Source of the DNA: Naegleria gruberi
Lineage: Eukaryota
DNA length: 7,758 nucleotides
Strand: one strand, 5' to 3'
NCBI GenBank assembly: GCA_000004985.1
Contig: GG739110.1
Shown here: positions 1 through 7,630 of the stretch, in pieces
Layout of the letters: every line of letters begins with the position of its first letter
Position numbering within the stretch: the first letter of the stretch is position 1
Program-made: the position numbers and the translations under genes
The notes under the pieces: model-generated
What the model was told of the DNA's origin: nothing
The model's input: only the letters and a program-made list of their open reading frames with translations
Databases searched by the model: none

Positions 1-625
1 CTGGTGATTTCGTATATTCAATCTGTTCCTCAACAAATTGTTTCGCATAATTGTCATTCTCAATCTCACCAATAACTTTCATCATGTCATATTTTCCCAA
101 AGAGTCAAAATCATACGGCATTATTCTAAAACAGAGAATGTTATCTTTCCATTCATAGGTAAACTTTTCCCTCTCCTCTACAAAATTTTCATTCGAAAGG
201 TGAGTATAAAATAGTCCAATATTAATTTCCTCAACTTCCTCCACACGTCCCCAATCATCATTATATTCTCTGATGTGATAATCATCACACGGATCCAAAT
301 ATCCAAGTTCTGTAGTTCTACCCCTCACAGAATTAAATATCATTCTTCTTTCAAATAAATTCTTTTCATTATCAACCTTTTCTTCATCATCATCAACTTG
401 ATTATCCTCTACATAATCTTCATCATCATCTTCATCATCGGAATCTTCCCGTTCCATATAAAATTCATGAGTATTTTCATGAGCGTCGGTTTTTATCCAC
501 TTTTTAATTTGTGAATTATATGAATGAAGCAGTAGAAGCTCATTACATGTTATTTCTTCGTACATGAATGATGCTGGTGCGGAGGCAACTGTGTCAGAGG
601 CGTCATTATTGGTATCACACGGCAT
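1..625 (-). CDS. 5' part of a protein-coding gene (start codon at 623-625 on the minus strand; open through position 2 and continuing beyond the window). The N-terminal 208 aa include a poly-Asp/Glu tract; family not recognised.
   Basis: I checked every minus-strand codon by hand and found 208 sense codons with no stop from 625 down to 2. In ~27% GC DNA the chance expectation is roughly one stop per 12 codons. The ATG at 625 is the first in-frame ATG after an upstream in-frame stop (plus-strand 698-700 'tca' = TGA). It is preceded on the minus strand by A10 (plus-strand T-run 626-635). GC rises to ~35-40% inside the ORF versus ~23% immediately upstream. The translation begins MPCDTNNDASDTVASAPASFMYEEITCNELLLLHSYNSQIKKWIKTDAHENTHEFYMEREDSDDEDDDEDYVEDNQVDDDEEKVDNEKNLFERRMIFNSVRGRTTELGYLDPCDDYHIREYNDDWGRVEEVEEINIGLFYTHLSNENFVEEREKFTYEWKDNILCFRIMPYDFDSLGKYDMMKVIGEIENDNYAKQFVEEQIEYTKSP and continues past the edge. 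It is not in the supplied ORF track, presumably because it has no stop inside the window. Internal introns cannot be excluded. Confidence 0.65.
   Translation of the reverse strand, partial: MPCDTNNDASDTVASAPASFMYEEITCNELLLLHSYNSQIKKWIKTDAHENTHEFYMEREDSDDEDDDEDYVEDNQVDDDEEKVDNEKNLFERRMIFNSVRGRTTELGYLDPCDDYHIREYNDDWGRVEEVEEINIGLFYTHLSNENFVEEREKFTYEWKDNILCFRIMPYDFDSLGKYDMMKVIGEIENDNYAKQFVEEQIEYTKSP
383..440 (-). repeat. Imperfect trinucleotide (GAT/GAA)n tract on the coding strand (ATC/TTC on plus) encoding the acidic run DSDDEDDDEDYVEDNQVDDDEEK
   Basis: Plus strand reads ttcatcatcatcaacttgattatcctctacataatcttcatcatcatcttcatcatcggaatc. It lies in frame within the minus-strand ORF. It is a coding microsatellite-like tract and could vary in length. 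Confidence 0.6.
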
Positions 626-726
626 TTTTTTTTTTGTAAATTGTGAAATTGAGAGAGCAATAGGCCTGACTGATCTTATCAAATATTTTAATATGTTTCA
701 TTGTTTTGATTCAATTTTTTCAATTG

Positions 727-747
727 CTTAAATGTTCTTAAATGTTC
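727..747. repeat. Tandem direct duplication of a 10-bp unit (cttaaatgtt x2)
   Basis: gCTTAAATGTTCTTAAATGTTcc read directly in the upstream region of gene 1. Confidence 0.7.
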
Positions 748-814
748 CTTCCATTATTTGGTGTTCGGTGCGATTTCCAAAAATCAAATCTCATTTCTTA
801 GGATTATCATTTTG

Positions 815-823
815 TTTTATATA
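815..823 (-). promoter_or_regulatory. TATA-like element (minus-strand TATATAAAA) ~190 nt upstream of the gene-1 start codon
   Basis: Plus-strand ttttatatattttt at 815-828 reads AAAAATATATAAAA on the minus strand. It is on the correct side and strand for a core promoter of the 1-625 gene. Such strings occur by chance in DNA this AT-rich, so this is weak. Confidence 0.2.
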
Positions 824-932
824 TTTTTCTTTATGAAAACTGAGAGATAAATAGGTGAAGATTCCTTTTCAGATTACTAACTATCAAGAGATAAAACTTT
901 TCGAAAAATGTATTCTCTTGATTTGTTTTGAA

Positions 933-946
933 ATATATATATATAT
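933..946. repeat. (AT)7 dinucleotide microsatellite
   Basis: atatatatatatat read directly. Confidence 0.9.
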
Positions 947-1281
947 TAGAACAAAAGTTAATAAGGAAGCTAAATAAGGATAACTTGATCAATAAAATAA
1001 CCACGAAAACTCATTCCTTTCCATAAAGAAACTAATATATTATTTAAAGATAAATTTACTGATTTCCTTTCTTAATCAATATTTAAAGATTATTAAATTG
1101 AAATATTTTCAACAACATGCATTATGACAAAATCAGTTTAATGAATTCCGATTTCAAGCATTTCAGCAAATAATCTTGTTTATTTAAACAATAATTGGAC
1201 TAATTCAATCTGACTTGAAGAGGATCAAAACTTACAGAAAAATAACAAGTAAGTATTTTGGTAATAGGAGAACTTTCTGTA

Positions 1282-1296
1282 ATATATATATATATA
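1282..1296. repeat. (AT)7 dinucleotide microsatellite
   Basis: atatatatatatata read directly. Confidence 0.9.
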
Positions 1297-1977
1297 ACAA
1301 ACTACGAAAGTGTTTAAATGTACTGTTTTTCAGAAAAAGGATTTCCTCTTTGAACAACATCCTAAAATAGTGATGCCGATTTGGTGATATCAACATATCA
1401 CAATGCACTCAGTTGTATTGTTTTGAATGCTGTTCAACATGTACTACTTACATCTTGGTAAGCATTCTCTATCAATAATTAAAAACGTACAAACGTTCTT
1501 GTCAACGATTTTCAAACATCCCATTACAGGTTTTTTAGGAGAGAACAATAAATCATGTTGTACAAACTTCCTGTAAAGGTAAGCCTTCAACACCCTCAGT
1601 AAATATTGACCCTCTACAATCCAATTAATGCAGAAATTGAAATTTATTGTATTTTTTTTAGCCATGTTAAATAAAAGAAAATATATAGTAGGTTACCCAA
1701 ACTTCTTCTCATAAAAGGAGAGCAATCAAGAAAATATTATTCAATAAGGGTGAAAAGTAACAGGAGAGATTACATTCAAGATTATTTAGTAAGATTTTCT
1801 CTTTGAAAAGCAAAACATACCAACATTAAAGTTAAATTACTAGATAGAAAACAAATAGAACACCTTAAATAAGGCGAATATTGTAATAATTCTGTTATAA
1901 ATAAAATTATTAAATTACAACTATCCAATTTATGGGGTGTTGATTTGTGAAATTAGTAACGAGTTCTATTTTTATCA

Positions 1978-1991
1978 ATATATATATATAT
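1978..1991. repeat. (AT)7 dinucleotide microsatellite
   Basis: atatatatatatat read directly, ~75 nt before the gap. Confidence 0.9.
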
Positions 1992-2065
1992 TTGAATGTT
2001 CAATTTTTATGGCACTACAGTAAGGGGGAAAGTTGCAAAAAAACTCCAAGAATTGTTCTTCTTGT

Positions 2066-5000
2066 NNNNNNNNNNNNNNNNNNNNNNNNNNNNNNNNNNN
2101 NNNNNNNNNNNNNNNNNNNNNNNNNNNNNNNNNNNNNNNNNNNNNNNNNNNNNNNNNNNNNNNNNNNNNNNNNNNNNNNNNNNNNNNNNNNNNNNNNNNN
2201 NNNNNNNNNNNNNNNNNNNNNNNNNNNNNNNNNNNNNNNNNNNNNNNNNNNNNNNNNNNNNNNNNNNNNNNNNNNNNNNNNNNNNNNNNNNNNNNNNNNN
2301 NNNNNNNNNNNNNNNNNNNNNNNNNNNNNNNNNNNNNNNNNNNNNNNNNNNNNNNNNNNNNNNNNNNNNNNNNNNNNNNNNNNNNNNNNNNNNNNNNNNN
2401 NNNNNNNNNNNNNNNNNNNNNNNNNNNNNNNNNNNNNNNNNNNNNNNNNNNNNNNNNNNNNNNNNNNNNNNNNNNNNNNNNNNNNNNNNNNNNNNNNNNN
2501 NNNNNNNNNNNNNNNNNNNNNNNNNNNNNNNNNNNNNNNNNNNNNNNNNNNNNNNNNNNNNNNNNNNNNNNNNNNNNNNNNNNNNNNNNNNNNNNNNNNN
2601 NNNNNNNNNNNNNNNNNNNNNNNNNNNNNNNNNNNNNNNNNNNNNNNNNNNNNNNNNNNNNNNNNNNNNNNNNNNNNNNNNNNNNNNNNNNNNNNNNNNN
2701 NNNNNNNNNNNNNNNNNNNNNNNNNNNNNNNNNNNNNNNNNNNNNNNNNNNNNNNNNNNNNNNNNNNNNNNNNNNNNNNNNNNNNNNNNNNNNNNNNNNN
2801 NNNNNNNNNNNNNNNNNNNNNNNNNNNNNNNNNNNNNNNNNNNNNNNNNNNNNNNNNNNNNNNNNNNNNNNNNNNNNNNNNNNNNNNNNNNNNNNNNNNN
2901 NNNNNNNNNNNNNNNNNNNNNNNNNNNNNNNNNNNNNNNNNNNNNNNNNNNNNNNNNNNNNNNNNNNNNNNNNNNNNNNNNNNNNNNNNNNNNNNNNNNN
3001 NNNNNNNNNNNNNNNNNNNNNNNNNNNNNNNNNNNNNNNNNNNNNNNNNNNNNNNNNNNNNNNNNNNNNNNNNNNNNNNNNNNNNNNNNNNNNNNNNNNN
3101 NNNNNNNNNNNNNNNNNNNNNNNNNNNNNNNNNNNNNNNNNNNNNNNNNNNNNNNNNNNNNNNNNNNNNNNNNNNNNNNNNNNNNNNNNNNNNNNNNNNN
3201 NNNNNNNNNNNNNNNNNNNNNNNNNNNNNNNNNNNNNNNNNNNNNNNNNNNNNNNNNNNNNNNNNNNNNNNNNNNNNNNNNNNNNNNNNNNNNNNNNNNN
3301 NNNNNNNNNNNNNNNNNNNNNNNNNNNNNNNNNNNNNNNNNNNNNNNNNNNNNNNNNNNNNNNNNNNNNNNNNNNNNNNNNNNNNNNNNNNNNNNNNNNN
3401 NNNNNNNNNNNNNNNNNNNNNNNNNNNNNNNNNNNNNNNNNNNNNNNNNNNNNNNNNNNNNNNNNNNNNNNNNNNNNNNNNNNNNNNNNNNNNNNNNNNN
3501 NNNNNNNNNNNNNNNNNNNNNNNNNNNNNNNNNNNNNNNNNNNNNNNNNNNNNNNNNNNNNNNNNNNNNNNNNNNNNNNNNNNNNNNNNNNNNNNNNNNN
3601 NNNNNNNNNNNNNNNNNNNNNNNNNNNNNNNNNNNNNNNNNNNNNNNNNNNNNNNNNNNNNNNNNNNNNNNNNNNNNNNNNNNNNNNNNNNNNNNNNNNN
3701 NNNNNNNNNNNNNNNNNNNNNNNNNNNNNNNNNNNNNNNNNNNNNNNNNNNNNNNNNNNNNNNNNNNNNNNNNNNNNNNNNNNNNNNNNNNNNNNNNNNN
3801 NNNNNNNNNNNNNNNNNNNNNNNNNNNNNNNNNNNNNNNNNNNNNNNNNNNNNNNNNNNNNNNNNNNNNNNNNNNNNNNNNNNNNNNNNNNNNNNNNNNN
3901 NNNNNNNNNNNNNNNNNNNNNNNNNNNNNNNNNNNNNNNNNNNNNNNNNNNNNNNNNNNNNNNNNNNNNNNNNNNNNNNNNNNNNNNNNNNNNNNNNNNN
4001 NNNNNNNNNNNNNNNNNNNNNNNNNNNNNNNNNNNNNNNNNNNNNNNNNNNNNNNNNNNNNNNNNNNNNNNNNNNNNNNNNNNNNNNNNNNNNNNNNNNN
4101 NNNNNNNNNNNNNNNNNNNNNNNNNNNNNNNNNNNNNNNNNNNNNNNNNNNNNNNNNNNNNNNNNNNNNNNNNNNNNNNNNNNNNNNNNNNNNNNNNNNN
4201 NNNNNNNNNNNNNNNNNNNNNNNNNNNNNNNNNNNNNNNNNNNNNNNNNNNNNNNNNNNNNNNNNNNNNNNNNNNNNNNNNNNNNNNNNNNNNNNNNNNN
4301 NNNNNNNNNNNNNNNNNNNNNNNNNNNNNNNNNNNNNNNNNNNNNNNNNNNNNNNNNNNNNNNNNNNNNNNNNNNNNNNNNNNNNNNNNNNNNNNNNNNN
4401 NNNNNNNNNNNNNNNNNNNNNNNNNNNNNNNNNNNNNNNNNNNNNNNNNNNNNNNNNNNNNNNNNNNNNNNNNNNNNNNNNNNNNNNNNNNNNNNNNNNN
4501 NNNNNNNNNNNNNNNNNNNNNNNNNNNNNNNNNNNNNNNNNNNNNNNNNNNNNNNNNNNNNNNNNNNNNNNNNNNNNNNNNNNNNNNNNNNNNNNNNNNN
4601 NNNNNNNNNNNNNNNNNNNNNNNNNNNNNNNNNNNNNNNNNNNNNNNNNNNNNNNNNNNNNNNNNNNNNNNNNNNNNNNNNNNNNNNNNNNNNNNNNNNN
4701 NNNNNNNNNNNNNNNNNNNNNNNNNNNNNNNNNNNNNNNNNNNNNNNNNNNNNNNNNNNNNNNNNNNNNNNNNNNNNNNNNNNNNNNNNNNNNNNNNNNN
4801 NNNNNNNNNNNNNNNNNNNNNNNNNNNNNNNNNNNNNNNNNNNNNNNNNNNNNNNNNNNNNNNNNNNNNNNNNNNNNNNNNNNNNNNNNNNNNNNNNNNN
4901 NNNNNNNNNNNNNNNNNNNNNNNNNNNNNNNNNNNNNNNNNNNNNNNNNNNNNNNNNNNNNNNNNNNNNNNNNNNNNNNNNNNNNNNNNNNNNNNNNNNN

Positions 5001-6213
5001 NNNNNNNNNNNNNNNNNNNNNNNNNNNNNNNNNNNNNNNNNNNNNNNNNNNNNNNNNNNNNNNNNNNNNNNNNNNNNNNNNNNNNNNNNNNNNNNNNNNN
5101 NNNNNNNNNNNNNNNNNNNNNNNNNNNNNNNNNNNNNNNNNNNNNNNNNNNNNNNNNNNNNNNNNNNNNNNNNNNNNNNNNNNNNNNNNNNNNNNNNNNN
5201 NNNNNNNNNNNNNNNNNNNNNNNNNNNNNNNNNNNNNNNNNNNNNNNNNNNNNNNNNNNNNNNNNNNNNNNNNNNNNNNNNNNNNNNNNNNNNNNNNNNN
5301 NNNNNNNNNNNNNNNNNNNNNNNNNNNNNNNNNNNNNNNNNNNNNNNNNNNNNNNNNNNNNNNNNNNNNNNNNNNNNNNNNNNNNNNNNNNNNNNNNNNN
5401 NNNNNNNNNNNNNNNNNNNNNNNNNNNNNNNNNNNNNNNNNNNNNNNNNNNNNNNNNNNNNNNNNNNNNNNNNNNNNNNNNNNNNNNNNNNNNNNNNNNN
5501 NNNNNNNNNNNNNNNNNNNNNNNNNNNNNNNNNNNNNNNNNNNNNNNNNNNNNNNNNNNNNNNNNNNNNNNNNNNNNNNNNNNNNNNNNNNNNNNNNNNN
5601 NNNNNNNNNNNNNNNNNNNNNNNNNNNNNNNNNNNNNNNNNNNNNNNNNNNNNNNNNNNNNNNNNNNNNNNNNNNNNNNNNNNNNNNNNNNNNNNNNNNN
5701 NNNNNNNNNNNNNNNNNNNNNNNNNNNNNNNNNNNNNNNNNNNNNNNNNNNNNNNNNNNNNNNNNNNNNNNNNNNNNNNNNNNNNNNNNNNNNNNNNNNN
5801 NNNNNNNNNNNNNNNNNNNNNNNNNNNNNNNNNNNNNNNNNNNNNNNNNNNNNNNNNNNNNNNNNNNNNNNNNNNNNNNNNNNNNNNNNNNNNNNNNNNN
5901 NNNNNNNNNNNNNNNNNNNNNNNNNNNNNNNNNNNNNNNNNNNNNNNNNNNNNNNNNNNNNNNNNNNNNNNNNNNNNNNNNNNNNNNNNNNNNNNNNNNN
6001 NNNNNNNNNNNNNNNNNNNNNNNNNNNNNNNNNNNNNNNNNNNNNNNNNNNNNNNNNNNNNNNNNNNNNNNNNNNNNNNNNNNNNNNNNNNNNNNNNNNN
6101 NNNNNNNNNNNNNNNNNNNNNNNNNNNNNNNNNNNNNNNNNNNNNNNNNNNNNNNNNNNNNNNNNNNNNNNNNNNNNNNNNNNNNNNNNNNNNNNNNNNN
6201 NNNNNNNNNNNNN
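2066..6213. other. Assembly gap: 4148 consecutive N (53% of window)
   Basis: An uninterrupted run of n. The non-round length suggests a size-estimated scaffold gap. All ORF-track entries spanning it are strings of X with no information. Confidence 0.99.
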
Positions 6214-6586
6214 TTGGAGAAAGAATAAAAACTTTTGAATCACCAATAACACTTGTTCTACATTGAAGACTCAAGGAAGTCAAGTAGAAACCATTTGGAC
6301 AAGTTGTCTTGATAAAAAAGTCCTTGTAATCATATGAAGAAACTGGACAAGTGCCTGCACATGTGCAATCACCACCAACTGGACACAATGTACAATCTTC
6401 TTGGAGGGATCTGGAGTTTGGATTGGTAGAGTTGAATAGGTTAGTTTCAACATTAGTTTCGAATGAAGGAACGAGGGTTCCATCCATGTAGGTCGTAGTA
6501 GAATAGACAATATTCTCACAAGTGACTGAAGCAAAGAGCAACAGAGAAACAGCAAGCAGAATGAATAGGCAAACCTTGTTGACCAT
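6214..6586 (-). CDS. First coding exon (3'-truncated by the gap) of a secreted cysteine-rich protein: signal peptide + NST sequon + Cys-rich module
   Basis: The minus-strand frame is open from 6634 down to the gap edge at 6214. Every codon from 6586 down to 6215 was checked by hand. The translation from the ATG at 6584-6586 is MVNKVCLFILLAVSLLLFASVTC|ENIVYSTTTYMDGTLVPSFETNVETNLFNSTNPNSRSLQEDCTLCPVGGDCTCAGTCPVSSYDYKDFFIKTTCPNGFYLTSLSLQCRTSVIGDSKVFILSP... The first 23 aa form a textbook signal peptide (n-region MVNK, hydrophobic core VCLFILLAVSLLLFA, c-region SVTC). The mature part has an N-x-T sequon and seven Cys with spacing C-x2-C-x5-C-x-C-x3-C-x19-C-x13-C. The ATG at 6586 is preceded by A8 on the minus strand (plus-strand T 6587-6594), matching the start context of the other two genes. 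In-frame upstream ATGs at 6604 (MSLQKK...) and 6634 (MKEIPISNDR...) are alternatives. The downstream end is unknown because the gene runs into the gap. Confidence 0.65.
6518..6586 (-). other. Predicted signal peptide-coding segment (23 codons) of the secreted Cys-rich protein
   Basis: The n/h/c tripartite structure is read from the translation, with predicted cleavage after SVTC. Exact cleavage would need SignalP. Confidence 0.55.
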
Positions 6587-6935
6587 TTTTTTTTGAAGTG
6601 ACATCCTGTCATTTGAAATAGGTATTTCTTTCATTGTTGACTTTTGGAGCCAGTTAATGATATTTTAGAAAAAGTGCACAGGTGATTTAATCAACCGAAT
6701 ATTGTGCTAACATTACGAATTAGGCAGGTAGTAAAAGAGACATTGGTATGAGAAAAACAAGAGTACCACCTTAAGCAAGGATTTTTTGGAAATGAGCTTT
6801 TCGCACATATTTCACATTAATTTTTTATCTCATTTCTTTAGTATCTCTATAGGGGTGGTGAAGACTGTAGTTCAAAAATTGGGAAAAGTTGAACATGTTT
6901 GTAAAATCAAATGTTACAAAGAATTGTAAAAAAAA
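6587..6935. promoter_or_regulatory. Shared upstream region of a divergently transcribed gene pair (secreted Cys-rich gene on minus, TLDc gene on plus); candidate bidirectional promoter
   Basis: The two start codons, 6586 on minus and 6936 on plus, point away from each other and are separated by ~350 bp of 25-30% GC sequence. There is no convincing canonical TATA box. If 6604 or 6634 is the true start of the minus gene, the spacer shrinks to ~300 bp. Confidence 0.35.
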
Positions 6936-7574
6936 ATGGAATTAAATGACAGTTGTGTTTCCCTTTCTCTCGATGCAAATTTTAAATCAAGCCTTTTGAA
7001 AGATCATTTAAAAACAAAACTAGATAGTCAAATCATCACTCATTCTCAATATTTACAATTATTTCGCATGTCTGCAGAATTAAATAATTGTACAATGTTA
7101 ATGCCAAAGCTTCTTTTCAGAGCCACTAGAGATGGTTTCCGAAGTGCTGATTTTCATAGACATTGTGATGGAAAATTGAAAACTGTTACAATCATCAAAT
7201 CAGACCAGGATGATTTATTTGGTTTTTATGCTACAAGAGATTTGGCTTCGAATTGTGATGATTTTGAGAAGGGAATTCTTATAAGGGATGATGAATCGTT
7301 TACTTTCAGATTAGAGAATGACAAGTGTTACACCTTTCATTTAGAAGAGGATAAGGCAGAATGTCCACTTGTTACCTATGATAGTACATTGTTACTTTCA
7401 TATGCTTATTGTTTTTGGATTTCTGATCAGTCAGATGTGAAATATTCATCGAGTCAAGAGGATGTTGAGTTGCACATTCTTCCTCAGAATAGATTACCTG
7501 GTAAGAAGCAGAGATATTTCAGCGAAGATGATTTTCTGGTTAAGGAAATTGAAGTGTTCCATATTTTAGACTAA
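6936..7574 (+). CDS. TLDc-domain protein (TLDc-only, 212 aa, apparently intronless; complete ORF with stop TAA at 7572-7574)
   Basis: The ATG at 6936 is preceded by A8 and an in-frame stop (taa, 6927-6929). The translation carries the hallmark TLDc motifs. The N-terminal motif is ...SQIITHSQYLQLF...PKLLFRATRDGFRSADFHRHCDGKLKTVTIIKS...LFGFYAT..., matching the OXR1/NCOA7/TBC1D24-type consensus S.IL...Q...L...LP...LLY..S.DGfS...FH..CD.kgpTl.vi+...iFGg. The C-terminal motif is ...YFSEDDFLVKEIEVFHI, matching the consensus F.v.diEVw. The TLDc domain spans roughly residues 30-212 (nt ~7023-7571). GC is ~36% versus ~25% in the flanks. A donor-like CCTG|GTAAGA at ~7498 is read through in frame into the conserved C-terminal motif, so no intron is called there. 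Confidence 0.8.
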   Translation: MELNDSCVSLSLDANFKSSLLKDHLKTKLDSQIITHSQYLQLFRMSAELNNCTMLMPKLLFRATRDGFRSADFHRHCDGKLKTVTIIKSDQDDLFGFYATRDLASNCDDFEKGILIRDDESFTFRLENDKCYTFHLEEDKAECPLVTYDSTLLLSYAYCFWISDQSDVKYSSSQEDVELHILPQNRLPGKKQRYFSEDDFLVKEIEVFHILD

Positions 7575-7630
7575 TTTCTTCACCTGGTTAAAAGAAGAAA
7601 TCAATTCTCACAAAAACTAAAATATGTTGT

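Noticed and set aside
540-625. Weak F-box-like pattern (EEITCNELLLLHSYNSQIKKW) at the N-terminus of the gene-1 product.
   Set aside because: It matches only a few hydrophobic positions of the ~40-aa F-box consensus and lacks the characteristic LP..IL start and the downstream W-containing helix in register. It is below what can be asserted without a profile search.
1384-1401. Hairpin-capable inverted repeat gtgatat-caac-atatcac (7-bp stem, 4-nt loop).
   Set aside because: Short AT-rich palindromes of this size are common by chance in this composition. It is not adjacent to any gene end where a regulatory or terminator role would make sense in a eukaryote.
1444-1665. 73-aa minus-strand ORF (MAKKNTINFNF...) as a stand-alone gene.
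   Set aside because: About one ORF of this length is expected by chance in 3.6 kb of ~27% GC DNA. Its ATG lacks the A-tract context seen at the three real starts (the A8 run follows the ATG instead of preceding it). The product is low-complexity and GC is not elevated. It is kept only as a possible exon fragment in a low-interest finding.
640-2065. AATAAA / ATTAAA hexamers on either strand as polyadenylation signals (e.g. plus 990-995, 1669-1674, 1900-1905; minus via tttatt at ~1179-1184 and ~1636-1641).
   Set aside because: They occur every few hundred bases by chance in ~75% AT sequence. None can be tied to a transcript end without expression data.
1947-6266. Very long ORFs in the supplied track (1947-6266 +, 1975-6252 -, 1996-6228 +, 2033-6238 +, and the N-spanning portion of 2015-6634 -), 1400-1540 aa each.
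   Set aside because: They are open only because the 4148-nt N-run translates to X. The real residues flanking the gap on these frames are a handful of codons with no coding signal. The exception is the 6214-6634 minus-strand portion, which I annotate separately as a real exon.
6280-6612. 110-aa minus-strand ORF (MTGCHFKKKWSTRF...) overlapping the secreted-protein exon in a different frame.
   Set aside because: It is an alternative frame of the same strand nested inside a much better-supported ORF. It has no A-tract start context, a Leu/Cys/Ser-biased composition typical of out-of-frame readthrough, and no signal or domain features.
6846-6890. Locally GC-richer patch (tataggggtggtgaagactgtagttcaaaaattggg) examined as a possible tRNA or small RNA.
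   Set aside because: It has no cloverleaf-compatible pairing, no T-loop GTTCRANYC or A/B-box spacing, and the wrong length. It is more likely just promoter-proximal sequence of the TLDc gene.
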